Of a stretch of DNA of 64,000 nt, positions 47,518 to 57,209 are shown piece after piece (position 1 is the first letter of the stretch; each line of letters starts with the position of its first letter). The notes under the pieces are model-generated. The model was not told where the DNA came from and searched no databases. It saw nothing but the letters and a program-made list of their open reading frames with translations. Origin of the DNA: a virus; IMG/VR virus record IMGVR_UViG_3300021420_000001, positions 1 to 64,000 of that record; one strand, 5' to 3'. A program made the position numbers and the translations under genes.

Positions 47518-48081
47518 TCAACCATACTGAGAAAGTTGCTCGATGCACAACGTAGAGCCCTCTCGATTTAACGCATCTCGATACAAAGGCATGACATCCT
47601 GCGCATGGTCGATATTGACGACCACTATGGTCTGTAACATAGCGCGGAATGCTGCAGAAAAGTCTCCCAAATGCTGGTGCCCAGGATCGAGAGGTCTGTC
47701 CGTTGCGATTGCGGTACGGATGATGACTTTGGGACGATAGGCTGAGTAGCGTGGGATGGCATCTAGGTGAAGTACAAGTTGACTCATTGCCAATAGCAAA
47801 AAGTTCACGCGCGGATAGATACAAATGGGCAGGTCACCATTCAGGGAGGCCCCAATTGCAGCACCAAGTTGCATATCCTCAGCGACGGGCCACTCGATTC
47901 GCCTATGCATTGGAACATTACGCAAAGCGTTGAACATCGCAGTACCCGGAAATTGTACCGCCTGACCCAGAAAGACAGAACGCGGATGCTGAGACAGCAT
48001 CTCCATTGCTTTACAGAGTTCAGAGAAGTATGCCGTCTCCGGCTGCTGCGTAGGGGCGACGCGGACGCTTGGCACTGACAA
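47518..48081 (-). CDS. TPP enzyme beta-like subunit (transketolase pyrimidine-binding domain only)
   Basis: FLGQ, EWPVAEDMQLGAAIG, QLV, GHQH; no C-terminal domain. Confidence 0.85.
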   Translation of the reverse strand: MSVPSVRVAPTQQPETAYFSELCKAMEMLSQHPRSVFLGQAVQFPGTAMFNALRNVPMHRRIEWPVAEDMQLGAAIGASLNGDLPICIYPRVNFLLLAMSQLVLHLDAIPRYSAYRPKVIIRTAIATDRPLDPGHQHLGDFSAAFRAMLQTIVVVNIDHAQDVMPLYRDALNREGSTLCIEQLSQYG

Positions 48082-48090
48082 GGGTTGATC

Positions 48091-48681
48091 CTAGAAGTTG
48101 ACGCGGACGCCAGCCCCACTATGGGGCCAAGGCAATTTGTAGTGGAACGCAAGCACACCAGGAGCGTCAGCCTTGAACGGGTCGCCCCAAGTTTCCTGGG
48201 TTGGGGTACACACCGACTTGCCATTGTCCTCGATCACAAAGTCAAGGGGTAAATTGTGTCCTTGCGAATAGACAACGCACTCAGTGAACATCCCAGTAGC
48301 GGAAGTCATGTCCCCAACGAAGCACCAGACCCGATTCTTGCCGCCCGCTCGTTTGATGGACCAGGCAATCCCAAGAGCAATCGGCAAAATGCCTCCGACA
48401 ATTGCGGAGGATATTATGCGACGTTCAGGATAACAAAGCGTAATAGACTTTCCCGCGAGGATGTCTCGCTTAAGTATTTCAGGCGGGACGCCGTGCAGTA
48501 AACATTTGTAGTGACTTCTCCAGGAGCAACAAACCCAATCGTCCGGGTAGACCTGTTTGAAGATTTTGATGAGTTGTTCTTCATTCCCCCCATCCAAATG
48601 TATTGGGGCTCTAATATGCCCCGCATTGAATTCGGCAGCGATGTCTTTTTCGAACGCGATGAGCTCTTCAGCGGAAAGCAT
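48091..48681 (-). CDS. TPP enzyme alpha-like subunit (E1 dehydrogenase domain, minimal)
   Basis: IHL..GNE, WRSH, SAIVGG, GDM...EDN TPP-binding motif. Confidence 0.85.
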   Translation of the reverse strand: MLSAEELIAFEKDIAAEFNAGHIRAPIHLDGGNEEQLIKIFKQVYPDDWVCCSWRSHYKCLLHGVPPEILKRDILAGKSITLCYPERRIISSAIVGGILPIALGIAWSIKRAGGKNRVWCFVGDMTSATGMFTECVVYSQGHNLPLDFVIEDNGKSVCTPTQETWGDPFKADAPGVLAFHYKLPWPHSGAGVRVNF

Positions 48682-48844
48682 AAACCACCAATCCAGTAAT
48701 AACCGACAAAACCAAACCCCAGATAAAACCCGTTCTAAGTCCCTCTATGTAACCCGATAGCCTAGCCGTAGAACGTAGATTACAAGGACAATGTTCCCAA
48801 TTTGGATAAGGGCAACGACCGCCAACAACGCATTCTTTCTGCAT

Positions 48845-49174
48845 TCAATTCAACTTATCGAATTTGACGACCGTCGGCTTCGGCTTATTCTCAGGATCAG
48901 ACTTGAAAAGCCAAGTCGTATAAGCATCCAGGTCTTCGCGGGTCAGAAAGAATTCCCATTGACCATCAAAACTTCCGTCCCCGTTAATCTCCGTAAGCAT
49001 ATCCGCAACGTCAAAAGCCATCAGTGCGGGCGGAAGGTTCTCAGCCTTGAGTTCGTCACTCCGATCGATCTTGATCAAAAGTATACCGGGTTCGAGGAAC
49101 TCTACGATCTCACCCCACTGGCTGTACTCGTTACCGCAATGAAAAACAAACTTGCCGACGAAGCTGTTGTTCAT
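48845..49174 (-). CDS. hypothetical protein
   Basis: ATGA-coupled. Confidence 0.6.
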   Translation of the reverse strand: MNNSFVGKFVFHCGNEYSQWGEIVEFLEPGILLIKIDRSDELKAENLPPALMAFDVADMLTEINGDGSFDGQWEFFLTREDLDAYTTWLFKSDPENKPKPTVVKFDKLN

Positions 49175-49725
49175 GAAAATACATTCCAATTGCCAAAGTC
49201 CTCGACAAGTTCTGCTGCAAAACAATCTACTTTGTAGTCTTTGCGCCCACCCGCTTCCTCGGCAAGGATATTCTTTGCCGAATTCCTGACGCCATTGATG
49301 CTATGCGTCAATTTGAGAAGCTTGTCCTGCTCGGGACCACCTTCCCGCGCGTGCGCCTCATTCTCCCAAATATATCGATTCGTAAGTTGTATTAATGTGA
49401 TCGCCATAATCGCACGGGCAGTCAACTTGTGGTCAAGCTCATTTAGGATGATGTCAATGTCATGAAGGATATCCGCGCGCTCTTGCAGATAGTGATCACG
49501 TTGTTTCGGGATGAACACCATTTTCTGTTGTGTGATCGTCAAGCGGTCGACCAAATCACTTAATGTCGGAAGATACCGGCGCTGCGGGATCTGATTTGGA
49601 ATAGAAACTACTGCAGCCGCTTGACGTGGTCGCTGGGATGGAAGGTCTCGTGTTTGGAATCCCGGAATTCCGGTCGTCACATCCTCAGGCACGTCGGCTC
49701 CAAATTCATCCACGATTGACCCCAC
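49171..49725 (-). CDS. helical protein resembling DUF6165-like proteins of glycan clusters
   Basis: LSDLVDRLTI..K, N..IWE.E...R, N..R...KN pattern; family assignment from recall. Confidence 0.55.
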   Translation of the reverse strand: MGSIVDEFGADVPEDVTTGIPGFQTRDLPSQRPRQAAAVVSIPNQIPQRRYLPTLSDLVDRLTITQQKMVFIPKQRDHYLQERADILHDIDIILNELDHKLTARAIMAITLIQLTNRYIWENEAHAREGGPEQDKLLKLTHSINGVRNSAKNILAEEAGGRKDYKVDCFAAELVEDFGNWNVFS

Positions 49726-50681
49726 TATGCAACTGCCTTCTGCTTCCACGCCTCTATCGGTCTATTCATACCATCCAAAATACCGATCTGCTGGAGTGCC
49801 TTACCCACACAGTTTTCAGGAGAGAGCTTTTCCATGAACGCTTTCATCTGCGCAGCATGGACACCCTTCCAGGCCGTACGGGTAAGTATACACTGATCGT
49901 AAAAGCTTTCGATCGATGGCGCAAACCGTACGATCTCATCCCAAGGCTTACTGAGGAAGTGAGGTTCGGCGACAACTGGACGACCAAGACAAAGTGCGGT
50001 ATTGCAACGCGAAGAACTGACAAGCCCCATCTCCTCGAACTTCCTGATCTGTACGATGACCTTGGCCTGACGCATAATCCGATCGCGTTCGGTCTGATCC
50101 TTGAAGTCGGCGATGATACGTACACCCTTCTCGGAAAGATTAGCACGACGGGCGAGCATCTTCAATATCTTCAGGCGGCGCTTGGTCAACGACCCGTAGA
50201 AGCCGAAGTCATACGTCGGGGCGAAGTCTCCAGTACGCACGAGGGAAGGTGCGTAACCGAGTTCACAAGGTGCGGCAGGACAGAACTGACCATACCACTT
50301 GGTAACATGATCACCGGGAACGAGATGGATAATGCCCTCGGCATATTTGGCGGCTTCCGGGAAGGTCTTCTGGCGAAAGACCATCTCCTTTTGGGTACCT
50401 TGATTGAAACCCTTCTCGGAAGGTTCCTCAGTCGCCAGGATGATGAAGCGTGCGCCAGATTCATAGCCGTGCGCTAGAAGCTTTATGGCGTCGGGGGTGA
50501 AGCCTTCCACCACTATGTTCATGCCCTGACCTGCCAGGGTATTCAGGAACATGTGATTACGTTGATCCCAAACTATTTCGTGACCTAGAGCCCTGCAAGC
50601 ATGTCCGAAAATACCAACGACGTCTTCAAGTGATCGCTGCCCTAAATCACTGTGGTTGGCCATATTTACGAGGAAGTTCAA
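49725..50681 (-). CDS. putative GT-B glycosyltransferase
   Basis: YDFGFYGS..KRR..IL, RD......K, SSSR...AL..G.PVVAE. Confidence 0.7.
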   Translation of the reverse strand: MNFLVNMANHSDLGQRSLEDVVGIFGHACRALGHEIVWDQRNHMFLNTLAGQGMNIVVEGFTPDAIKLLAHGYESGARFIILATEEPSEKGFNQGTQKEMVFRQKTFPEAAKYAEGIIHLVPGDHVTKWYGQFCPAAPCELGYAPSLVRTGDFAPTYDFGFYGSLTKRRLKILKMLARRANLSEKGVRIIADFKDQTERDRIMRQAKVIVQIRKFEEMGLVSSSRCNTALCLGRPVVAEPHFLSKPWDEIVRFAPSIESFYDQCILTRTAWKGVHAAQMKAFMEKLSPENCVGKALQQIGILDGMNRPIEAWKQKAVA

Positions 50682-50860
50682 GACAGAACTTCCTTCTTAA
50701 ATTCCTCCAAAGAAACTAATTCCCCCTCAGTCAACCTCTTCCTACCTTCCCGCACATCAGAAATACGTTCGCATTCAGAACAGTACGCAAAGTGATCAAA
50801 AATCGAATGCTTACGCATAAAACCGTAGCCATGGATCAGGCACCAATCATCGTCACACAT
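50678..50860 (-). CDS. small hypothetical protein
   Basis: C..HG...CSEC; coupled. Confidence 0.45.
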   Translation of the reverse strand: MCDDDWCLIHGYGFMRKHSIFDHFAYCSECERISDVREGRKRLTEGELVSLEEFKKEVLS

Positions 50861-50862
50861 TT

Positions 50863-51354
50863 TTACTCTACGACCTCGTAGGCTACGGCCCGCATCATAT
50901 CACCGGTTCTAATCAGAGGTTTAGCGCCAAAAGTTTTTGGATTGCTTGGATCGTATTTCGTATTCCCTGCTACGCCTCTGGCTCTAAGGGTAGCTGGCTT
51001 CAGTGGTGGCGTATTTGTGTCTTTAATTGATTGCCGTAACTGCTCAGCAATAAGAACTCCGGCTTCTCCTAAAGCTAGGTTTGTATCATAATTATGCTTC
51101 TTCAAAAGCCCTGCAAGTCCCGCAGGCCACTCGGGACTCTTTGCCTTCACCATATTACTGAAGAAAGGTCGTGGAGGAATTCCTGCTCTCGGTGCACCAT
51201 AATTCTGGATAGCGGCGATAAGCGCCACAGAAGTCCCGTTCGGATAGCGCGCACCGGCCAGAAAACCAACATGAAGCGTAGCATACTTATCTAATTTGGC
51301 CGTAATCTCGACCAGGGCCCTCTGGAGTTTGTCGCCGCCACGGATTTCGGCCAA
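50863..51354 (-). CDS. neck/tail-completion protein (HK97 gp10-like)
   Basis: VGFL..ARYP.G..VA.IAAIQNYG, IPPRPFF, KPLIRTG. Confidence 0.85.
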   Translation of the reverse strand: MAEIRGGDKLQRALVEITAKLDKYATLHVGFLAGARYPNGTSVALIAAIQNYGAPRAGIPPRPFFSNMVKAKSPEWPAGLAGLLKKHNYDTNLALGEAGVLIAEQLRQSIKDTNTPPLKPATLRARGVAGNTKYDPSNPKTFGAKPLIRTGDMMRAVAYEVVE

Positions 51355-51360
51355 AGTCGA

Positions 51361-51681
51361 CTAGCCCCCAGAAGGGCCAGGGGCGGTCGCTGGGACGGGT
51401 TCCGCCGGAGGGGTGGGTGGGTGCCCATGAGCCCCGAGAGCCGCCTCCACGCCCGCTAGAACCCCGCTGGTATCGTTTACCTTGGCCTCTAGGGCTGTGA
51501 TCTGGGCTTCAAGGGCCGAAATCGTCCCTTTGAGGGCCGCAATATCGGCCCGATCGGCCGCACTCAGGTCGGAACTGAGGACGGGGCCGGCTGACGCTGG
51601 GTTGGATTCCAATGCGGCAAGGCGGGCTTCCACCTTGGGTTGCCACTGGCGGAAGGCGATTGCGTCTTCGTCAATACCCAT
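51361..51681 (-). CDS. coiled-coil hypothetical protein
   Basis: RLAALE and ISALEAQITALE heptads. Confidence 0.6.
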   Translation of the reverse strand: MGIDEDAIAFRQWQPKVEARLAALESNPASAGPVLSSDLSAADRADIAALKGTISALEAQITALEAKVNDTSGVLAGVEAALGAHGHPPTPPAEPVPATAPGPSGG

Positions 51682-51925
51682 TGGGTTTCTCCATATCCGC
51701 AAACATTTGCGAAAACGTATTGTACATATACAGGTTAAAAGCCTGCTCTTGCAAATAAGCAGTTGCTTCCAATACAGCCCGTCTCTTATTTTCCCAAACC
51801 CAATAAGGTTTTGACTGCAATAAATGTGCGGGAATAGAAAACGCCTTAACTATCTCAGCCTGAATTTGATCGTAAATCTCCTTGGCTTCAGCCGAAGACC
51901 AAACAATTTCAACTACCGGTTCCAT
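51671..51925 (-). CDS. hypothetical protein
   Basis: Tiles the operon. Confidence 0.5.
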   Translation of the reverse strand: MEPVVEIVWSSAEAKEIYDQIQAEIVKAFSIPAHLLQSKPYWVWENKRRAVLEATAYLQEQAFNLYMYNTFSQMFADMEKPNGY

Positions 51926-51926
51926 T

Positions 51927-52667
51927 TCAGAACTCGATCTGGTGCCAAGCACCGTTACGCTTTTGCATCGCCCAGAGCCGGTCAGCGGTGGAAACCTGGC
52001 CGAAGACCTCCACTATAGCCTGGGTCACACCGGGATGATAGCTACGACCCGCGTCGTGGGCATCGGACTGGCCTTCGCTGATCATTTGCTGATGATGAGC
52101 ATGGTCTTGAAGTTCGTGGTACTGAAGCTGGAGATCATCCCCACAAAGGACGCCGCCATCACGAACTAAATGCGCAGCACCCACAATATCAAATTTAGCG
52201 GTTTGATAGCGATGATCGCCGTCAATAAAAACAATGTCAAAACTTTCATAGGTCAAATCCAACTTTATCAAAGCAGTAGCAGAAGCCTCTTTGATCACCT
52301 TCAGCCGCTTGTCGATCCCGAGTACCTTCATATTGTGCCAGAACAACTGCTCGATCTGGCCAGACCGCGCCGCCTCGTCCATGATCCTGTGGGTCTCGGA
52401 AACGTTGTTATTGAAGTAGGGAGCCCACTGGTCGATGGCGATGAAATTAGCTCCAGAATAGGCGGCTTGGTCCCAAGTGTGAAGGGACGCTCCGGCCCAA
52501 GAACCAACCTCAAGAACGGTTAATGAATTAGAATGAGGTGCAGATTGGTCCGCTATCTTGAGCAAACTACGGAAATGCGGCAGGTACTTTTCATATGGTC
52601 CCTGCTCCGAGATCAGGAACTCGCCGAAGTAGGGCTGGCCGCTTTGGAGGATTTCGTCGAGGGTCAT
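51927..52667 (-). CDS. class I SAM methyltransferase (Methyltransf_24-like)
   Basis: LEVGSWAGAS, IDQW, FIDGDHRY, GGVLCGDD. Confidence 0.88.
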   Translation of the reverse strand: MTLDEILQSGQPYFGEFLISEQGPYEKYLPHFRSLLKIADQSAPHSNSLTVLEVGSWAGASLHTWDQAAYSGANFIAIDQWAPYFNNNVSETHRIMDEAARSGQIEQLFWHNMKVLGIDKRLKVIKEASATALIKLDLTYESFDIVFIDGDHRYQTAKFDIVGAAHLVRDGGVLCGDDLQLQYHELQDHAHHQQMISEGQSDAHDAGRSYHPGVTQAIVEVFGQVSTADRLWAMQKRNGAWHQIEF

Positions 52668-52668
52668 A

Positions 52669-52851
52669 CTATCTGATTGCCCCTAACTTTATGCCGGTAT
52701 CGAGAATGATGTAGCCACAAATAAATAGTGCACAACTTGCAGCCATTATCCGAATGAAAAGTTCAAATGAACTCATGTAATTGCCAATACAAGAACGCAA
52801 ATCAGAAAGGTCAGCGACCCAATTACGATCCAATCTGTGAACGTTAGACAC
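52669..52851 (-). CDS. small membrane protein
   Basis: C-terminal hydrophobic helix. Confidence 0.4.
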   Translation of the reverse strand: MSNVHRLDRNWVADLSDLRSCIGNYMSSFELFIRIMAASCALFICGYIILDTGIKLGAIR

Positions 52852-53119
52852 ATTTTACTTCTTCGGGATCTGTTTCAGGACCTTGACCAGATCGTCCACG
52901 AGCTTGCCGACGAAGAACGTATCGGCTGGAACTGGAATTCGCCCGTCTTTGCTCATGACAACCTTGGCTTGATCTTTGGCCATACGAGAGCTAGCACATT
53001 ACGTGCTTGCAACTTAAGGAGCAACTCAGGATCAAGATCAGTGACGCTATTATTATGTCCCGCAGACGCCCGCTGGATAGCAGCCTTGATTTCCTCTTCC
53101 AATTGCTGTGCTTCTAAGT

Positions 53120-53905
53120 TCACGTACACACCAGATGAATTGCCTGTTGCAGAACTGGATCTTTCGGATAACGATCCCCGATCAGAGCCTTATCGACCGG
53201 GGAAAGCTTATCCCAACCATACGAGACGGGTGGATCACTAACTCCAAACCGTGCCCAGGCCAACATACGTGGTCTCCGGGGTCTCGGGGCCATGTGCATC
53301 CCACGTGGATCGGTCAGGAAGATCGTACCGGCCTTACCCGTCATAGCCGTAACGACGTTATCGGGTGGGGCCTCGTAATTGTAACCCAGGTTCTGATTGC
53401 TAGGATTCGGATAGAACTTCTGCGAACCGCGCTGATACAGATGAGCGCCGTCTTCCTTCATCTCGATGTCCGTCCCCATGAAGAACACGACCAACTGTTG
53501 CCGGTCGTCGCCATCGATATGCCACCAATGTGTATCCGCGTACTTGGGCACGTTAGGCGGGACGGGCTGGGTCCAGAACGCATTCATGGAGTAGAGGAGC
53601 GGTGGCTCACCATCAAAATATTGTTGGACAAGTGGGTAAAGGCCAAGAGCCGTTTCCAGGATGTGGGGCGCGGTCACAACGTCCTGCATCGAGTGGCAGA
53701 ACATCGGCCAAGCTTGATGCCCCAGATAAACGCTCTTGAACGTGTCTCTAGCCGTAGCCTTAGCCGCCACGTGGGCGTTATAGACTTCAGTTTTGTACAG
53801 ATGCTCAATAACATCCTGGACCGGAAACGTAGTCGGTATCTTCGCGATGCCGTCCCGACGCATATCACCGAGGACAAGGGCTTGCCACTGGAGAGCGATG
53901 TTCAC
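53120..53905 (-). CDS. 2OG-Fe(II) dioxygenase (PhyH-like)
   Basis: WHID (HxD), GAH.Y..GS, GKAGT..L.D..GMH (distal His), R. Confidence 0.8.
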   Translation of the reverse strand: MNIALQWQALVLGDMRRDGIAKIPTTFPVQDVIEHLYKTEVYNAHVAAKATARDTFKSVYLGHQAWPMFCHSMQDVVTAPHILETALGLYPLVQQYFDGEPPLLYSMNAFWTQPVPPNVPKYADTHWWHIDGDDRQQLVVFFMGTDIEMKEDGAHLYQRGSQKFYPNPSNQNLGYNYEAPPDNVVTAMTGKAGTIFLTDPRGMHMAPRPRRPRMLAWARFGVSDPPVSYGWDKLSPVDKALIGDRYPKDPVLQQAIHLVCT

Positions 53906-54462
53906 AATGAAGGTTCCTTATAGCAGTAGGCAATGCCGAGAAGGGTGCCAATCGTAGTGAATTGCTTCCCTTTAGCCTTCAACTCCTCGACAAACTCGTA
54001 AGCAATAATTGTGGACTGATTACCCGCGTAAGGGATGACATCATGAAACGCAATAACACCACCTTCGCTCACTAGAGGCTCGTAATTGTAGTAATCAGCA
54101 CGAAGTCCGTCGTAGCTTTTGTCGCCATCGATAAATAGTAGATCGAAGGGAGACAAATAGACGCAGCGGCCTACAGTATAGCGAGCGTGACTGTCACCCC
54201 AAATAATCCCCTCTCCTTTGTAGGGAGAGCCGTCCTCAAGTTCGACCGTCCACGCATGCTTGAACAGATTAGCAAAGACAAACTGAGAAGCACCGGGGAC
54301 ACCAAGCCCAATCTGTAGGCAACGATCCCGCTTATTCAGCTTTGAGACAAACTCGGTAAACTCTTCCCGGACTTGTTGGATGGCAGACATTTCATTGCCA
54401 TCACCTAGCCAACCACTCCAAGGCAAGAAACGAGAGTCGTTTACGAGAGCGTCCAGGTCCAT
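53902..54462 (-). CDS. class I SAM methyltransferase (Methyltransf_24-like)
   Basis: LQIG...GAS, GDS, DLLFIDGD.SY, GGVIAFHD. Confidence 0.85.
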   Translation of the reverse strand: MDLDALVNDSRFLPWSGWLGDGNEMSAIQQVREEFTEFVSKLNKRDRCLQIGLGVPGASQFVFANLFKHAWTVELEDGSPYKGEGIIWGDSHARYTVGRCVYLSPFDLLFIDGDKSYDGLRADYYNYEPLVSEGGVIAFHDVIPYAGNQSTIIAYEFVEELKAKGKQFTTIGTLLGIAYCYKEPSL

Positions 54463-55133
54463 TAGAGAGGAATTTCCTTATCTACGTTCCACTGACTCGT
54501 GTGCTCGATTACCACAGCGGGGTAGTCATGCCGCCACCGCTCCAGGAAGAGGGCCTCGTCGGCGGAGTTGGGGGCGGTACTAACATGGAAGTGTCCATGA
54601 AGCTCAATGACTGCATGAGGGTCAGTAGCCACAGCGCCACCGGCACGCCAGCAACGTAGGCTAAGGTCCACATCACCATAGTGAGCAACATATGACTCGT
54701 CAAAGAAACCACCAATCGCGTCAATTGTCTTACGGGAAAGCATACCCCAGCGCGCGTATTGTTTGCCTTTGATCGTACAGATCCTGTAATGACCCTCAGT
54801 CACGGGCGGATGGGTGCGGAACTCGGCAATGAAGGGCTCTACCTGGCGGTCAAGAAACCCAGCCATAATATCCAGAGCATGAGGCCAAGGAAAACATATG
54901 TCGGAAAGCCAGCAGATGTGCGTCGCCGTAGGATCAGTCTGGCCGTAAGCAAACCCAAGAACCCGGGCACTGCCCAGATGATCGTCCCTGACACACTTGG
55001 CTCCGGTTACGTCAAAATCAAAGTGCGGGGATGCGACGATGACTTCTTGCACCCGATCGTTCATCCACAACCGATCGACAACTTGTTGGGCTTGTTCCTG
55101 TAAGCGCGCGGCGGGGAGGATGACAGAGATCAC
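54462..55133 (-). CDS. GT-A (GT2-like) glycosyltransferase
   Basis: ISVILPA, EVIV, IGGFFDE.Y..HYGDVDLSLR. Confidence 0.85.
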   Translation of the reverse strand: MISVILPAARLQEQAQQVVDRLWMNDRVQEVIVASPHFDFDVTGAKCVRDDHLGSARVLGFAYGQTDPTATHICWLSDICFPWPHALDIMAGFLDRQVEPFIAEFRTHPPVTEGHYRICTIKGKQYARWGMLSRKTIDAIGGFFDESYVAHYGDVDLSLRCWRAGGAVATDPHAVIELHGHFHVSTAPNSADEALFLERWRHDYPAVVIEHTSQWNVDKEIPL

Positions 55134-55366
55134 GCGCTATTTCCATTCCTCGCGTAACCTTTAGCAACCAGAACTTGCGCAATATGCGCAAATTTCTGGC
55201 GCGTCACCGACATTGCATCCTTCCAAGCGTCGTCAAACATCTTCCCAGCCAGTTCCGGGGAATAAGCCATAACGCCTGACTCGCCAAAGTCCCAGATAAA
55301 ATCCGCTTCAGCTATATCTCGCGCGAGTTCAGCTATATCTCGCGCGAGTTTCTCTATATCAGACAT
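55130..55366 (-). CDS. hypothetical protein with internal 7-aa duplication
   Basis: LARDIAE x2. Confidence 0.6.
   Translation of the reverse strand: MSDIEKLARDIAELARDIAEADFIWDFGESGVMAYSPELAGKMFDDAWKDAMSVTRQKFAHIAQVLVAKGYARNGNSA
55307..55348. repeat. perfect 21-bp tandem duplication
   Basis: TTCAGCTATATCTCGCGCGAG x2. Confidence 0.95.
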
Positions 55367-56255
55367 GTAAGCCTGCCTTGGTCAGAACCTTGCCCCAAAA
55401 AACTTCAGGACTATGTTCTGTAACCATCTTCTTGTGGAACTTCTCGGCCACAGCCTTTATCGCAAAGTCTGGTACGTCTCGGTTCAGGTTCAAGATATCT
55501 TCAAGGGAATCATACTCGATGTAATCTTCGCCTGGACTGAACCATTTGTTGAGCGGCGAATTACGAACCTCTAGTACAGCAGAGCCAGCAAAACCTGCCT
55601 CGATCACGCGACCCTTGACGTGAAGATGAGCGCCCGTACCTGTCTCTGCGCAATTCAGCGTCAGCTTAGTCTGATCCATGATCTGAGCGAAGTCGTTATA
55701 GGAACGTCCAACTGGACCCTGACGGAAGTCGATTAAGCTGCGTGACTGAAGCTCCCGGATCAGTTTATCGCGATGCCCAGTACCGCCAATCATCCCAAGC
55801 TTGATAGTGCGTTGGTCCCAAGGCAGAGGATTGAACGAGCGCGGGTCTGTGGGCGTTAGGAGTGTGATGCCCTCAGCGAAAGAAGCAATCGGCGTTTCAA
55901 AGCTGCCGTCGATTGCCACCATCGTCGTAAAGCATTCTTTTGCATGATACTCCTCAAGGACCGGCCACCAGGGATAGTCCGCTGCGTCACCACAAATGAG
56001 AATAAGCGGCGCTACGGCTCGCAATCGTTGCAGGGTGGGAGGACTGGGAACCGGGCGTCCGTGGGAAGGCTCGTAAGCACCCACGTAAACCATGAAATCA
56101 GGCTTGGAAACTCTTGCAAGCTCGATGAGCTCGTCATGACGATCATGAGGGCGATCATCGTACTGAGCAACTTGAACTTCATGTCCTATAGCCTCTAGCG
56201 AACGCCAGAAGGGTTCGCAATTGCTGGTATGAGTGACGAATACAAGTACCCTCAT
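55359..56255 (-). CDS. CgeB-like GT-B glycosyltransferase (paralog 2)
   Basis: GH....YD, KGRVIEAGFAG, WFSPGEDYIEY. Confidence 0.8.
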   Translation of the reverse strand: MRVLVFVTHTSNCEPFWRSLEAIGHEVQVAQYDDRPHDRHDELIELARVSKPDFMVYVGAYEPSHGRPVPSPPTLQRLRAVAPLILICGDAADYPWWPVLEEYHAKECFTTMVAIDGSFETPIASFAEGITLLTPTDPRSFNPLPWDQRTIKLGMIGGTGHRDKLIRELQSRSLIDFRQGPVGRSYNDFAQIMDQTKLTLNCAETGTGAHLHVKGRVIEAGFAGSAVLEVRNSPLNKWFSPGEDYIEYDSLEDILNLNRDVPDFAIKAVAEKFHKKMVTEHSPEVFWGKVLTKAGLHV

Positions 56256-56524
56256 TGAGAATTTGCCGCCGTCCAGGCTTTCATATTCTCCATTCCTTGA
56301 GGGCTAATAAGCAGTTGACCCCGCGTTGATCCGTCCGGATAAGACGCTCGGGTAAGCCAACGAACCTCTTCCGTACCAACGATACCTAAGAACTTTTCCA
56401 TAGCGTCAGGTGTCATTCGGGGAAGGTCTCGGTAGACCCAACCGTCAGCCCGTAAAGTTTCGCCAGGGAACGGTTCACCTTCAGGTAGAGGCCAACTATC
56501 CATCCAATCTTTCAGTGCACTCAT
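56252..56524 (-). CDS. hypothetical protein
   Basis: ATGA-coupled on both sides. Confidence 0.6.
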   Translation of the reverse strand: MSALKDWMDSWPLPEGEPFPGETLRADGWVYRDLPRMTPDAMEKFLGIVGTEEVRWLTRASYPDGSTRGQLLISPQGMENMKAWTAANSQ

Positions 56525-57102
56525 GCCGGGAACACAAAGCAGAAGCCACGCTTGGAACCACTCACCGCCTTAGCATACTCGATGCGGTAGGTCGGGCTCC
56601 ACTTGAGCAATTCAGGACGGATGAAGGCTTCGTTCATCTCGTGATAAACGCCATTCACGATCATGTGGTCCCAACCGAAGTCGTTCTCGTGGCCGGGGAC
56701 CTGGAAATCATGGAAGACGAGGATGCCTTTGCCAGGAGTAATTGCACGGATTTCATCCAGGGTCGGGCATTCACCGTCCCAGTGCGCATCGATGAAGAAG
56801 ATCGTATTACTTGGAAGATCGTACATAATGGAAGTAAGCACTTCCGGGGAATGCCCCGTCAAGAATTTGAAGTTGGGCATACCAGCCAAGGCTAGACGCT
56901 GATTGGCAACCTCGACGCACTTAGGGTCGTGATCAATCCCAATGTAGTTCGGCACCATCTTGGAAAATGCGAGAGAAGATTGACCATCGTTCAGGCCGGT
57001 TTCTACGACGGTGTCAATGGCATGCTCCGCAATGATCTCTGCCAAGCGATCCCGCAGGTTGAAATCGTCAAGTGCGTAATTCGGACCGGGCCAGTAACCC
57101 AT
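56521..57102 (-). CDS. class I SAM methyltransferase
   Basis: VETG...G.S, GID, GHSP, FFIDAHW, VFHDF. Confidence 0.8.
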   Translation of the reverse strand: MGYWPGPNYALDDFNLRDRLAEIIAEHAIDTVVETGLNDGQSSLAFSKMVPNYIGIDHDPKCVEVANQRLALAGMPNFKFLTGHSPEVLTSIMYDLPSNTIFFIDAHWDGECPTLDEIRAITPGKGILVFHDFQVPGHENDFGWDHMIVNGVYHEMNEAFIRPELLKWSPTYRIEYAKAVSGSKRGFCFVFPA

Positions 57103-57209
57103 AATAATTTACCACTGATGTCCGCACTTGGCACAATATCCGTGGGCCTTTGTACCTGGAGCTCGGGCATGCCGAAAGTGAAATCTTCTATGAAACAACC
57201 AACACCACA

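Noticed and set aside
47518-48681. Pyruvate dehydrogenase auxiliary metabolic genes
   Set aside because: Both subunits are truncated, there is no E2/E3 in the window, and the context is NDP-sugar enzymes.
53108-53923. 271-aa + strand ORF
   Set aside because: Antisense to the motif-bearing 2OG-Fe(II) oxygenase and has no recognisable features.
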